The notes below the pieces were generated by a model, which was not told where the DNA came from, made no database searches, and saw only the letters and a program-made list of their open reading frames with translations. Shown here piece by piece: positions 1 through 12,895 of a DNA stretch of 64,000 nucleotides; position 1 is the first letter of the stretch; each line of letters opens with the position of its first letter. Both the position numbers and the translations under genes were made by a program. Source of the DNA: Anthoceros angustus (lineage: Eukaryota > Plantae > Anthocerotophyta); NCBI GenBank assembly GCA_010909165.1, contig MU008158.1, forward strand, positions 370,581-434,580. Direction: 5' to 3'.

Positions 1-1465
1 TGAGCAAGAAGAAGTACCAGATTTATTGCCAACAGCGAGAGCAGTTGCGTGAAAGGCTTATTCGAGGTCGGCTCGAATAACTCAGTTACTGTTTGACAAT
101 AGCAATAGGTCCTCCATCAAGTGTGGGGGAGGCACATTTTAAGGCAGGCTGGAGACTGCACCATGCAGGTGGGTTTCAAGTGAAAACAGCAACTTGCTGC
201 TTCGTCATCGTATGAAGCAGAAGGTCGATGCGGATTCACAAGACGAAATCTTAGTCTTGCCGTGGCTAGTATTTTCTTCCCCGTCTCCAATCTTCCTTGG
301 CGCGAGGATGCCATGGTTGTGCCCTGGTCATCTGGCTTGGCTTATTTCATTCTGCCGTCTCACATTACACCTACACTGTGTCGACAATGCATGGAGGCAC
401 CCTGGCCATTTGTAAGTCGTTGCTCCTCCTTGTCCACACTGGCCACACGTGGTGGCTACAATAGATGTGCCCGACCCGACGTCCAGGTTTCGTGCGCCAC
501 ACGGCTGTGGCAGATGCGGATCGGATCAGTATTTTGGGTTGAAAGAAATCCCGTTCACGACCGTTACGGAATTCAACACTTTGATCACTGAAATTTATCC
601 TCCATTATGGAGTACTGGACGTTATAGAGCAAGGATATTTGTCAGAGTCGCCACGACTACGAAGTCGCCAGATGGCAATGCTGTGCAAGCCTGCAGCTCC
701 GGGCTGCTTCCCGCCAAATTCGTCTTGTCATCACTCCAACTCTGCAACGCGCTTGCTGCAGGTGGTGATCGCCGGCGGCTCATGACTTTGCGCCATGTCT
801 ACAAAGCGGCCTTCGCCTGTACGTCTGTGACCTTGTGGCCTGTCAGTGGATTTCGACGTGATGGTCTGCATGAGTGAGAGCTTGTGGAATGTGGACTTCG
901 CGGTTGGCTGTAATTGGCAGGGCTCCTTGGATTCAATTAAGTGATTCTCTAACCCATCAGCTGGCTTCTTTCGGCTTCCATGAGTTGAAGCTGTTATGTT
1001 CTGTAGCGTTGTGGAAGTACATACCTTGTTGCTTGCTGCCGGCCTGCAAATCTGCCACATTGTGAGATTGCCATTCCGTAGAATGCATTAGGGTTGCGGT
1101 CCAGCTTCCTGGGAAGGTTGGGCACCAAGAATTCTGAGTTGGGTGGGAGGATTCTGTTTTGCAGAGGCATGAACCTGTCTATCATCGGTTCGGGCTGGTT
1201 TCTCCACTTAAAGATGCCACAGGTAAGTTCCCAACAGGTTGTCTTGTTTCTCTGGATTGGTGAAAGAGATCTGCCACGGTCTGACAGTACGCCTGGCATA
1301 GGTTCCAGCAGTTCTGGCGGGCCATCTTCTGCCCTCGGGTCAGAACAGGATTTGGATGTGGCACACATTGCATCGGTACGAGACGGAGAGGTTTCCAAGT
1401 CTGGTGGGGACGATGAAGAGCGGTTTGGCAGTGAGAAAAGGAGTTCTCAGAGCACAGGGGCTTCC

Positions 1466-2644
1466 ATGGACAATGCCATCTCCTCCGTTGACGAGGAAGA
1501 GGACTTCCGTGAGCTAGTGGAGGAATGTGAACCGGAGGACTTGATTCTCATTGAGACTGCCATTGTGCGTGTTCTACGCAAGGAGAATCCGCAGGTGCAG
1601 CCGCCAAGGAGAAATATATACGTCAGAGATTCGGTGTCTGAGGACCAGAACGCCCGTGAACTAGTGGGGACGCAGCACGAACAGAGAAACAATGAGATAC
1701 TCAAGGGATTGCTACAGCAGGTAATTTTGAAGGCACAGTAACTGTGGTGCTGTGAGCCTGCTAGGAAGTCACCTTGACTTATTCCTTTGCAGCTGGATTC
1801 TCGTTTGCCAAGTTCTGGGTTTCTTGGTCCCAACGATAGCTCCTCAAACTGGTCTTGTAGACGGTCCTGTTCAAATTTCTCTCGCTAACTGTTGTGTCGG
1901 TGGCAATAGGTCAAAAACCTACGATCTGAGAAGAGACGCAGAGAGCCAGATTCGCTGCACTCCCTTGGCAGCAAGGTTCATGGCAGATACGAGAAGCCTG
2001 AGCAAGAAGTCGGGCCCTCAGTAACAGAACGGACCTTGACCGAAGTTGTGGAAGCAGCTGCCCATGCAGCAGTGGCAGCGTCTGAAGCAGCGAAGGCGGC
2101 CGCTTTCTCCGTGAGTGAGAATTCTGCTGCCATTGAGTCGTTGGTGACAATGTTGGCCTCAGTTCCAAGAACCCGTCTAGATGTCCACGGTGGACCCGAA
2201 CATGCGGAAGTGGCCTCCAGTAGTAAGCTGGATATGGGCGATCAAATTGGATCCCAGGACTTGGATTCTTTGAAAGATGGTGAGTTAGCCAAAGTGGTCC
2301 AGAAGCAAAACAGGTTGACTCATTGGGTTCTCGGGTTGATGGTTGTCACCACAGCCATCTGGCGGTTTGGAACAGTTTCTTTCGTGATGAAGCTGCAGAG
2401 GAAGATATCGAACCCCTTAGAGTCGATCCAAAATATGTTCGGTGGAGAGAAGGATGAACCTCGCCTGCCTAAAGTTCACAAGATTCCAGGTTTTAATGAG
2501 GTGTCTAGTATGCTGCAGGGTGATCCAGATACTGGCAAACCAGGGATTCTCTCGGGACTGAAACTTGATGGTGATAGAGCCCCCGAGCAAAGCGACAATT
2601 TGTTTTCAATCAGCCATCTCTTGCCATCTCATGCTAGACCTTGA
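1466..2644 (+). CDS. Uncharacterised plant protein with one predicted membrane-spanning segment; two exons (1466-1720, 1910-2644), about 329 aa; the start codon is uncertain
   Basis: A phase-0 GT..AG intron at 1721-1909 (CAG|GTAATT donor, GCTAAC branch point, CAATAG| acceptor) joins two ORFs in the same frame. The hydrophobic segment THWVLGLMVVTTAIWRF followed by NPL resembles, from recall only, the Arabidopsis At1g27300-type family. Confidence 0.5.
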
Positions 2645-3112
2645 AGTATGCCGTCTGCAGTGATCGGCTAGGGTACCCACTCGGTGACTTACCTCCCTTC
2701 CGTCTGGTGTTTGGGATACTTAACAGGCTTGAATAGTGTAGCGTGTGTAGTAGAAGACGTCCTTTGAGCTCAAAGGGACCACAGTCCGGATGTAGGTTCC
2801 GGGCATTACGTGCTATGCTGTGCTTACGAGTGGGCTTCCGTACAGTGTGTTCCGTCTGTCATTAAAGATGGAGAAGATGGAGAAGAAAACAAGTCACTGG
2901 TATGGAACCAGTGTACATATGTGAATCAGGAAGAAGATTGTGTTTTGAATTAGTACTTACAGCTGGTAACATGAAAGGCAGCTGCACACATAAAGCTGTG
3001 GAGCTGTCAAAACAGTGGTGGTATTTACAAATTTGGCTTCAGCAGTGTGTTAGAGCTCGCACCTAGACTCGGTACCGTTACTCCAAAATTTCCAACCATA
3101 TGCAAAGTAAAA

Positions 3113-6100
3113 CTAGATTTTGCAGCTCCAGGCAGATGCAGATATCAGGGGCTTGGACCTCCATCCCAGCACGAGGCGATGGTCCTGCTGCTCCAGCCGG
3201 TAGCCATCTCGGAAGAGAGAGAGCAAGAGCTTGGCTTGCCATTGGCCCTTGTAGCTCGTCCGATTTGGAACAAATCCAGCAGCGAAGGCCAGAGAGCTCC
3301 AATGCCTGGTGTTGTCCTCCTTCCTCGTCACCTCCTCTGTGCTGTAGTTGTAAATTTTGCAGGAGTTGAACTCTTCGAAGCCGCCTTCGCTCAGCCCGCT
3401 GGGCAGGCCTGTGGAATTCCCATGTGTCGTAAGGGTGCTGTGGTCCTTCTCCGACTCCGCAAAGAGCTGTGACAGAGTAACTTCATTCTGGCCCATGGAC
3501 GAGAAGTTGGCAACCACGTTGGAGATTCTGGGAGCCAGGAATATCCTCTCCACAAGCTGCCGCACGGAGCTCTCAGGCCCGAGGCTGGCTTCCAGGGAAT
3601 CGAAGATGGCCGAGTAGTGATGCAGGGCGTCGAAGAAGAAGCTCACAAAATTCCCTGGCCCGCCCTGGGATGGGAAGCAGCAGCTCAGCTCCTCCTCCAC
3701 CACGGTCATCACCACAGGGGACAGCTTGTGCATGGCGGTGAAGAAGGAATGCACTGCGCCAACAGTGCTGCGGGACGACTGGATCATGCCCCCGCCCGAG
3801 CCCATGTGCGGGAGATGCAGCATGCAGTTCACGGCTATGGCTTCCCCCTTCACCAGCTTCAACACCGCGGGCTTGAACTCCTGCGAGCTCTCCACATCCA
3901 CCTTGGCCTGGTGGAAGGAGAATGGAATGTGCAGCGAGGCAGCGAACTCCGACAGCCGTCTCCCCGTCTCCTGCACCGTGGACAGCAGAGATCCCGGCGT
4001 GCGCTTGGACCCCCCCGATCCCCCTCTGCACAGGGCTGTGATCCTGAGATGCGGCGGGCCTCCTGGCCTGGCAGCCAGATCCTTCATCAGGGACGGCCAT
4101 TGCACACCTTCCATGATGTCGTAGTCGATGATGTGCACCCGCCTCTCGTTCTCGAAGGCCTCCAGGATGGCCTGGTTTGCGGTGAAGTGGGCGAACTTGA
4201 TGTAGGGGGAGATTTCGTGCAGGATTTGGAATGCTCCCAGCAGGTCTGCGATGGGCTCGCATTTTGCTATCTCAACCAGGTTGGAGGACGAGCTTCCTCC
4301 CTTACCCGACAGACCCATTTGATCCATTCGGCTCTGCAGGCCCTCGGAGAAGTAGGCCGCTACTCTGTGCAAAGTGGAGCCGGTTTTGGAGCACAGGTCT
4401 TTGAGGCGAGCCAGTATGACCGACACCAGGTCCGTGTTGCTGGTTGCCACAGCTTCGGCTCCTGCCAGCAGCAGATGCACCAGGCGGATGCCATTGTATT
4501 CCGACTCCTCGGAAGGAGCCCCCCAGGGCGGAGCCCACTGGAGATGGGTATCCGTGGCAGCTACGGGCGGAGGAGCACACTGCTGGTTGATGAATGCCTC
4601 GGATGTGGAGGAGATAGCGAGGTTCACCAGCTGCAACGATCCAGGCTGCGAGTCCTGAATCTGCTGCGTGGGGTTCCCCTTGGCAGCAGCTTGCGGATCT
4701 TGCATGATCCCGGGAATGGACTGTTGGCAGCTCGGCAGAGGGATGTCGCTCCCTTCTTGGATGCCATCTGTGCTGATTGAAGCGTCGATGGCCTGATCGC
4801 TTCTATCATCGCCCTGCAGCAACTCCAGGAATTCAACCTCGAAGTCGGCAATTTCGAGATCGTGCTTGAAGCTGTGGCTGAATTGTTCATTGCACTCGTT
4901 TAAGCCTTGCAGTTTGCGTGACTCGGAGTTTTCCAGGTTGCGGACTCCTTGATGGTCATCATAACAGCCTGGCAGATTCCCCTGCTTATCCAGGTTCTCC
5001 AAGCCGTGAGGATCCGCCAGGTCCATTTCCCCGATTCCGGAAATATCCTCTAGCATCGACGTCATCAGGCATTGGAGCTGGGAATCTTGCACGTTCTCAC
5101 AGGAAGGTGAATCCCTGAAGAATTCGTCTCCCGCAGCGTCGGGCACGAAGGACTGCGTGTGAACAGAGTCCAAATCGGTGAGAGGTTGTGACGAGCTTTG
5201 GCAGCGCGTGAGATGTGGAGCAACGTCTTGCTGTACAGGTTCCTCGTTAACGTTCCACCCCACTTCCACATTCATCTCCTGGCCAGCTCCGCCCCCGCCC
5301 GATTCCGAGGAATTGGACACAGCAGCAGCACTCAGCACAGAAACCGGACTCACATCTCCCTGCCGATTCCGACTGGAATCGCACTCCTCTGCGCCGCTCA
5401 GACGGCGCGTCTGCTGGCATTGTCCTCCGCGGGTTTTGAGCGAAGATTGCTCAGACATAGTCGGGGACTCACAGCTCAGGATGAGGTACTTCCTCTCCCG
5501 CTTCATCCGAGACTCGCCCTTCCACCCATCTTCTGGATCCAAACCCCCCGCCTTGGCAGACGCAGAAGTCGAACGCCTTTTCTTCAGCCCGGAGAAATTC
5601 CTCTGGCTCTGGAGATCCTTCTCTTGCCCGGCCTCGGTGACGTCGGACACTTGGCTCGCATTCTTCACCTCCTTCCGAGCCCGACTCCTGCTCCTCCGAG
5701 ACAGAGCCTTCCCCACCTCCACGAATTCCAGCTGCAGTTCACGATCGCTAGCTGACTTCACTTCCGGGAGCTTCACATCCTCCGAAGCCAGATTCTTCTT
5801 CCCCCTCTTGGGCTCGCACCCTTTCTGAAGCTCTGCTGTCGCAGATCTCTTCCCAGACACAGACATAGACACGTTGTTCATCCCCTTGCTCCCGGCCCTG
5901 CCATCGTCCCCAGAGCCCGCATTTTGGAATTCCTCGTCCAGAGCAACATCATCTCCATTATCACCGCTCGAAGCCCGTCGGCGCTCGTCGTGAGATGCCA
6001 CCTCCAGACACACGCTCACGCCCATCCCACTGGATTCTTGATACCGAACACGTCCAGTGACGCCATTACAATCGCCGGAAGTCACAACCGAGCCTCCTCC

Positions 6101-6670
6101 ACTCCCGTTCGCAGACTCTGCTTGGTTCGAATTCGCAGCGGCGCTCAAGCTTGTCGGAGACTGGGTGGAGTTCATGGCCGCGCCATCCCATCTCGTCCCC
6201 CCGTAGGAGCATGCATCGCTCACCATGCTCACTCGGGAATCACAGCGTATGAGAACCCCAGCTCTATCCTTCAAACAAGACTCCTGAGACTGCAGCAACC
6301 GCTGGTGAGCCTCGCAGGCAGAACCAGAGCCATTGGAGCTGCTGGAGAGAATAGACGAGGCTGCTGCTACGGAAGCATCGCTGTGTACCGCAACCGCGAC
6401 CGCAGCTCGGAGCTTGGCAGCATTGCTGGTATCATCCGAGTAGATGTCCTTGATTGCCCGAGACCTCAATCCTTTAGCTGGCTCCGACCTGAGACCTCGA
6501 AGTTCCTTCCAGCACAGAGTCTCATCATCATCCTCCTCCGTCTGCACAGACACCATCTCATCTTCCTCGTCTGTGTCCGGAGGCCCGTCCACCACATTGT
6601 AGTCCTCCACCTTGAGCTCGAATTGGGATTCAAAGATGGACTCCATGCCCCCAATCATACACATGTACAC
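3113..6670 (-). CDS. NSP2: GRAS transcription factor, NSP2-like, intronless, with a ~720-aa N-terminal extension
   Basis: 1185-aa ORF. The C-terminal GRAS domain has [66 protein letters not shown] and a terminal SAW. The DYDIMEGVQW and TVQETGRRL signatures are NSP2-type. Confidence 0.88.
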   Translation of the reverse strand: MYMCMIGGMESIFESQFELKVEDYNVVDGPPDTDEEDEMVSVQTEEDDDETLCWKELRGLRSEPAKGLRSRAIKDIYSDDTSNAAKLRAAVAVAVHSDASVAAASSILSSSSNGSGSACEAHQRLLQSQESCLKDRAGVLIRCDSRVSMVSDACSYGGTRWDGAAMNSTQSPTSLSAAANSNQAESANGSGGGSVVTSGDCNGVTGRVRYQESSGMGVSVCLEVASHDERRRASSGDNGDDVALDEEFQNAGSGDDGRAGSKGMNNVSMSVSGKRSATAELQKGCEPKRGKKNLASEDVKLPEVKSASDRELQLEFVEVGKALSRRSRSRARKEVKNASQVSDVTEAGQEKDLQSQRNFSGLKKRRSTSASAKAGGLDPEDGWKGESRMKRERKYLILSCESPTMSEQSSLKTRGGQCQQTRRLSGAEECDSSRNRQGDVSPVSVLSAAAVSNSSESGGGGAGQEMNVEVGWNVNEEPVQQDVAPHLTRCQSSSQPLTDLDSVHTQSFVPDAAGDEFFRDSPSCENVQDSQLQCLMTSMLEDISGIGEMDLADPHGLENLDKQGNLPGCYDDHQGVRNLENSESRKLQGLNECNEQFSHSFKHDLEIADFEVEFLELLQGDDRSDQAIDASISTDGIQEGSDIPLPSCQQSIPGIMQDPQAAAKGNPTQQIQDSQPGSLQLVNLAISSTSEAFINQQCAPPPVAATDTHLQWAPPWGAPSEESEYNGIRLVHLLLAGAEAVATSNTDLVSVILARLKDLCSKTGSTLHRVAAYFSEGLQSRMDQMGLSGKGGSSSSNLVEIAKCEPIADLLGAFQILHEISPYIKFAHFTANQAILEAFENERRVHIIDYDIMEGVQWPSLMKDLAARPGGPPHLRITALCRGGSGGSKRTPGSLLSTVQETGRRLSEFAASLHIPFSFHQAKVDVESSQEFKPAVLKLVKGEAIAVNCMLHLPHMGSGGGMIQSSRSTVGAVHSFFTAMHKLSPVVMTVVEEELSCCFPSQGGPGNFVSFFFDALHHYSAIFDSLEASLGPESSVRQLVERIFLAPRISNVVANFSSMGQNEVTLSQLFAESEKDHSTLTTHGNSTGLPSGLSEGGFEEFNSCKIYNYSTEEVTRKEDNTRHWSSLAFAAGFVPNRTSYKGQWQAKLLLSLFRDGYRLEQQDHRLVLGWRSKPLISASAWSCKI

Positions 6671-7147
6671 TACCTAGCCACCCGACCGGTCGAATTGCTT
6701 CGCCAGTAACCGCCCAGGGCCCTCCAACAGTGACTACATCCGGACACCAGGACACACACTAGTCTGACTGACTGACTGATATATCTACACTGTACAGCAC
6801 GAAAATTCCTCGCCCTCTCGGGCCTCTATGTACACACACACTCGGCCCCCACTCAAAGCAGTACATAGTACGGGGAAGCGGGAAGCAGAGATCTGGGCAG
6901 CCTCTTGGATTCCCCGGCAGCAGCAGAGCTAAGGAGGCGAGGCAGATTGGGAGAAGAGCCCTCAGCAGATTAGAAAAGTGGGGTAGCTTTTTCGACAGAT
7001 TCGCACCTCTAGAGATAGCCAATTGACACGGAATGGATTCCGCAATTAGGAATGGGTAGCCGCGGAATTCCTCGGCAGCCAGAGTGAGGGAAAACTGCAG
7101 CTTCCTTGGCCAGTGTAGGAAGGACGTACACAGAGGCAGAGGCAGAA

Positions 7148-7225
7148 GGAGAAGGAGAAGCAGAAGGTTGGCAGGCAGGCAGGCAGGCAGACAGACAGAG
7201 AGACAGAGAGACAGAGAGACGGACA
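7148..7225. repeat. Compound microsatellite (GGCA)n(GACA)n(GAGACA)n upstream of NSP2
   Basis: Directly visible tandem short repeats. Confidence 0.85.
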
Positions 7226-8171
7226 GGGGAGATGGAGAGACTACGCTGTAGGCGTGGGCGGAGAGAAAGGAAGCATCGAAAGTTAGAACTGAGGACGAAA
7301 GCAGAGCGCACACTTTGTAGTGCTCGTGGCCAGGCCAGGCCAGGCCAGCGGAGGGGAGCGGAGGGGAGACGCTGGGCGCATGGCCGGGCCCCACACACGT
7401 AAAACTTGTGGTGGACCCGACTCGCACACCTGTAGGTGGCAGGCGTCTTCGGGCACACCGCGGACCGGGAACTGCTGCCTGTCACAACCTGCAAATACTC
7501 TGCGCTGCTCTGCTCCAGCCACAGCGCCCCCGGAGTACGTAGTACGGGTAAAGCTTGTACAACAAGAGGCCATCTCATCAGTGTCCAGCGCAGGACCAGG
7601 CTCCGCCACCGCCAGCCCAAGCACTGTCTATCAATCCTTTCGAAATCGCGACAGAAACAAAACGGCAGCCTAAGATCTACTATTTTATTTTTAGTGTCAT
7701 TACAGAATTGAGTGGTCTCAGGCAAATGAAGTCGCTCATCAGCAATTGGCCCTCGGGCTGGGATAAACTCCACCTCGTGTGACTGTATGGCGCACGCATC
7801 CACTGGCCTGCAAGGTACATAGTAGCCCGGTGGAATGGATCTTGAACTTGGTCGATGCAGTCTGTCTAGCCTAGGCCAGTCCCAGTCCAGTGTTAGCCCA
7901 GCCCAGCCCAGCCGGCCCGGCCCGGCCCGGCCCGGTGCGACACGGATGCATGATCTGCTGACCTGTGTACATAGATGGAACTTGAAGCAACGCAAATGCC
8001 ATAGGCAAATGCTAGCCAGGGCAAGTTGGCAATCCTGTTGCAGGGAAGCAACAATGCAAGGCCCGGGTCACGGGACTTGGCTAAGCTGGTATTCATGGTA
8101 TCTGGTCGCATCTCCGATGGCCCACTATTGGGTGCTCCAGAATCTCGCCCTCATGCGCACCCGCGCGCCAT

Positions 8172-8230
8172 GGGCTGGGCTGGGCTGGGCTGGGCTGGCC
8201 TGGGCTGGGCTGGCCTGGGCTGGGCTGGGC
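8172..8230. repeat. (GGGCT/GGCCT)n pentanucleotide repeat
   Basis: Directly visible. A related (GGGAC)n run lies at about 9338-9370. Confidence 0.85.
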
Positions 8231-10252
8231 GGGAATCGGGGATGCAGAAGCCGCAAATTCCACCAAGTGGAACCACGGTTGTGGGTTTTTTCTCTTACAT
8301 AGCACAAAGCACACTTTGTTGGTTGTGGGTTGTGATCAGGATTCACCACCATCGCCCGAGCCCTGTGGCGAGCCCACAGAGTAGTAGATAGTAAGTAGCA
8401 CTCTCTGCTCATGAGCTGCTGGATATGTACATTGTACAGGACATACAATACAACAAAGATACGTACATCGGAGACAGATATTTTGAACTTCACGTGCAAG
8501 AACAGCGAGCGCGGTGGCGCCGTAGCATTGGCGCGGACAGGGGCCCGGCCGAGGCAACGGGATTGGCGACGCAAGTGGGCGCCCGATTTGGAAAACCGCC
8601 ACTTCGCCCAGGTCGCATATGCCCAGAGGCCCCGGCATCCGCCGGAATAATCAGACCTCCGCCCTGAGCCACCGACCTTTTGCGCCGGCACGGGCACGGG
8701 CACCCCCGTTGGAATGATGCCGCTTGCTATGTTGGGGCTGCGCTTGCTGCATAAACAGCATTAGTCTCTATGGATTGATGCAAGAAACTCCCTCTCCCTC
8801 GAGGCTGGCCTTGTCAAGGCCTCTGGTCCAAGGGAGACGAACACAAGAAGCCGCTTGCGACACGCCCCGGGCGGCCGCCCGACTCGGGCTGGGCCCGGGC
8901 CCGGGTACCCGTTTCGCCCGTTTCCAACCTCGTCCGTCGTCCGCGGCGAAACTGTCCGCGCGCCATGTGGTGCGCCCTCCATTCCGGCAAACTATGTGGC
9001 TCTTCGACCTCCGGAATGAATATAATCAAGTACACGGTGACGTTCCCCGACCCGATTCTGGCTTCTGCCGCCATTTGTCGAGGCCCGGAGAAGGGCAGTG
9101 CACTGATGGCCACACAAATCGACTCTCCCTCGTCACGTCCTTGTCACCAGTTCGAGGTGTGTTGGACTGCACACTGCCCCTGTACTGCATACAAGAGAGC
9201 AATCTGGTCGGACGGGTGTTTAAGAGCTTCGCTCCCGGCTCATCGTACAACTGCTTTCTCCGGTCCGGCTCTCACAACGCCGCCCACAAACTCCAGCCCT
9301 GGCCTCCTGAGTCCTGGCCCTGGCCGATGGCGAGGGCGGGACGGGACGGGACGGGACGGGACGGGACGGGATGTTGGCGGCCGTTACGGATGGAATCGCG
9401 CGCGTGGAGTGACATGTCCTCACCCGCGTGTAGCTTTCCGGAAATAACCCACCACCCGGTTCCACACTAGTAGTGCCTGCGTGAGCAAGCCGTCCCGGTG
9501 TGGTAAGTGCGTGCGGCCGATGGTCGTGCGGCCTGGCCCTCATCAGGCTCAGGCTCCTTTTCCACGCCGCCTACCAACAAGCGTCTGTCGTTTGCTCCGT
9601 CCCGAATTGTCCCTGCGATGCTCTGCCAACTTCGGAGCGGAAAATGCTGCTCCCGGTTTCCAGGGTCTCTGTTGCTCCGGATCCTCCAGGTATCTCTGGA
9701 AGCTTGCCAAGGATTTTGGTCGTCTGTAGCCGCTTGTGCGCCACAAGGCCACGTTCATCCTCCGGAATTAGAGCTGGAGCCTGTGTGTACCGTGTAATGT
9801 AATCACAGTCCATCACGCTCTCAGCACGCACGCCCATCGATGCTCGAGGTTTGGGAATCCGGATCTGGAAGAATAAGCCAGCCGCGTGGAATTAGGAAGT
9901 GGAACAGAAATCAGCCCGAAATGGTCATCGGACGAACCACAGCCATCACGTTATTAAGACAAACAGCGCCAGCCCAATGAGGGGCTGCGGGATGGGCTAT
10001 TCTCGCCTGCCGGATACTTATCTGAGAGCGGACTACCATTAGCGCTGCCGACAGCTCCCAGCCCGCCCCTGTGGTTTTTCGTTGGTTGGTGTAATAGCAA
10101 GGATGAATGAATGTGTGCAGGGAGCATTGGCCAATAAGATTCCGCTCCAATAGAACGTGCACTTTCCCCACTTGTCTAAAATCGTCCACTGTCCGATCGA
10201 CTCGGACACACGCGGACACGGAAGGGATCATCTAGACTGTCGAAATACACGC

Positions 10253-12048
10253 AGCTTTTTCTACAGATTTGGAGGCCAGGACTGTTCTTGCTCAACACTT
10301 AAGTATTTTGCTGCAGGACATGGATATCGACCTCACCAGCTGCACGAACAATGTCAGGACAGCAAAGCATGGGTTGACGTTTGTTACCAGCACTGTCCGC
10401 ATGTAGGATATACATACTACGACTGTACGTCGTAATCGTGTACATCAAGATCTTGACAAGACCACAACCATACAACCCATAATCGGCATTAGTGGATCAC
10501 AACACAGACCTACAACACAAATGTCAAACGCGGGTCCCAATTTGCGATGAGGCATCCCGATTCCCACTCCTCATAGCCCACGACCATGAAGTCTAATAAG
10601 AGACAGATCTTTTTGGTGTGGTAGCCTAGAAAAGGTGGAGGAAGGGAAATAAATTGGATACTGTGAGTGCGAGACTAACGTGCCGGGACAAGGAGGCGCG
10701 CGTGATTGGGCGATGTCAATATGCATCCTAGGGATTGCCTGATGGCTTCCAATTCGGGGGGAGCAGCTGTCAAGCTTGCTTGCTTCATGCATCAGGGAGC
10801 GGGAACATCCGAGGTGCGGCGACCCGGGCCGACGTCGGTCGACCGTCCAGTGTTCGGCATCTCCCGCAGTCTTGTCTCTCAGCCAGAGCGTGTCGTGCAC
10901 TGCTGCGACCGAGTTGGACCGTTTCGACCGGAGGGACCGGCTCCACCGGCGCACCGGTCTCCTCAAGTTGCCAGAGACAAGAACAGCCCAAGGCGAACAC
11001 CTTGTACGAGCGGGACCAGGCCAAGGACACAAAGTCAGATGCCAGACGCTGGACATGATTCCGGGCCGATGCTAAGCATCTTGAAATGTCAACATACTTC
11101 ACTCACTGTCGCATGACTCACCTCACCTCATGCACCTCGCAAATAAGCTTTTCTACAGATTTGGAGGCCAGGACTGTTCTTGCTCAACACTTAAGTATTT
11201 TGCTGCAGGACATGGATATCGACCTCACCAGCTGCACGAACAATGTCAGGACAGCAAAGCATGGGTTGACGTTTGTTACCAGCACTGTCCGCATGTAGGA
11301 TATACATACTACGACTGTACGTCGTAATCGTGTACATCAAGATCTTGACAAGACCACAACCATACAACCCATAATCGGCATTAGTGGATCACAACACAGA
11401 CCTACAACACAAATGTCAAACGCGGGTCCCAATTTGCGATGAGGCATCCCGATTCCCACTCCTCATAGCCCACGACCATGAAGTCTAATAAGAGACAGAT
11501 CTTTTTGGTGTGGTAGCCTAGAAAAGGTGGAGGAAGGGAAATAAATTGGATACTGTGAGTGCGAGACTAACGTGCCGGGACAAGGAGGCGCGTGATTGGG
11601 CGATGTCAATATGCATCCTAGGGATTGCCTGATGGCTTCCAATTCGGGGGGAGCAGCTGTCAAGCTTGCTTGCTTCATGCATCAGGGAGCGGGAACATCC
11701 GAGGTGCGGCGACCCGGGCCGACGTCGGTCGACCGTCCAGTGTTCGGCATCTCCCGCAGTCTTGTCTCTCAGCCAGAGCGTGTCGTGCACTGCTGCGACC
11801 GAGTTGGACCGTTTCGACCGGAGGGACCGGCTCCACCGGCGCACCGGTCTCCTCCAAGTTGCCAGAGACAAGAACAGCCCAAGGCGAACACCTTGTACGA
11901 GCGGGACCAGGCCAAGGACACAAAGTCAGATGCCAGACGCTGGACATGATTCCGGGCCGATGCTAAGCATCTTGAAATGTCAACATACTTCACTCACTGT
12001 CGCATGACTCACCCTCACCTCATGCACCTCGCAAATAAGCTTTTTCTA
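10253..12048. repeat. Near-identical tandem duplication of about 893 bp
   Basis: 10253-11145 is repeated at 11146-12048. The motif AGCTTTT(T)CTA is present at all three boundaries. Confidence 0.9.
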
Positions 12049-12299
12049 TGTCATGTGTTGCTATTTTCTATGCAACTCTAAATTTCGCCTCTGAATCTGG
12101 TCACACTTTGAATCAGATTCACACTTTGAATTGGTATCTTTGGATGGACATATATTAGGACATATATTATTATTCTATTCAAACAAAGGCATAGTAGTTA
12201 AAGTTGTTATGTATTCTACATAAGGGGAACATGAGACTTTATTATGAAAAAGAGACGGGAAACCCATCAACCCACGAGAAGAGGAACAACCCTTATGAG

Positions 12300-12895
12300 G
12301 GCACCAGACCATGGGGGACTAACCTCTGTTGTCGCCAGTCTTGTATCTGCCTATTGCACCAAGGATATCAAAATCGGGGATGCGAAAGGGCCTACCCACC
12401 ACCGGTGCCGAAGAAACCACCTGCCCTGCACTCGCCATTGTCCTATACACCGCATTGGCCCATGCCCGTTGTAGGGCGATGGACACCGGTTGTCTGTAGA
12501 AAGCCACGATACATGAAAGAAGGAGGCCAACCCTGTTCCTGCAGCCATGGTACTCCCTAGCATAGGTCTCAAGGAACCTAGTCTAGGTTCCTTAAGGAAG
12601 GCCCTTCCTAAGAAAGGGCCTTGCCCATGGCCCCATGGATCTCGATGGCGAGGGGGATGAAGGCATGCCCCTGCTGCATGGGAGAGTACTTACGAACCTT
12701 TGCCGTAGCACATCCCTCCGCTACCCATCCCGGAGGGTTGAGGATCACATCCTCACTGACGGAATCCCGAGTAGGGTCAGTGACAACCACATCTGCAACC
12801 GAAACCTGGACCCCCTGGGCCAAAAAAACGTCCGCCCGGAGGGTAACCCAGTTAGGCAGAGCATAAGGGCGCTCCCTGTAAGGAAAGAAGCCTCC
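12300..12895 (-). mobile_element. 3' part of a CRE-like non-LTR retrotransposon (restriction-like endonuclease domain), decayed
   Basis: Minus-strand translation RADVFLAQGVQVSVADVVVTDPT...ATAKVRKY...FIPLAIEIHGAMGKAL and FYRQPVSIALQRAWANAV matches the RLE (D..D..K..KY) pattern and C-terminus of CRE-type elements. Confidence 0.75.

Noticed and set aside
117-1100. Short ORFs at the left edge
   Set aside because: No recognisable motifs or supported splice structure.
3047-6709. Plus-strand ORFs overlapping NSP2 (for example 3617-4780), and likewise those overlapping SCR
   Set aside because: They are antisense shadows of GC-rich coding sequence with no independent motifs.
10171-10184. The 14-mer CTTGTCTAAAATCG shared with about 54645 and 55570
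   Set aside because: A match of this length is expected by chance in 64 kb and the homology does not extend.
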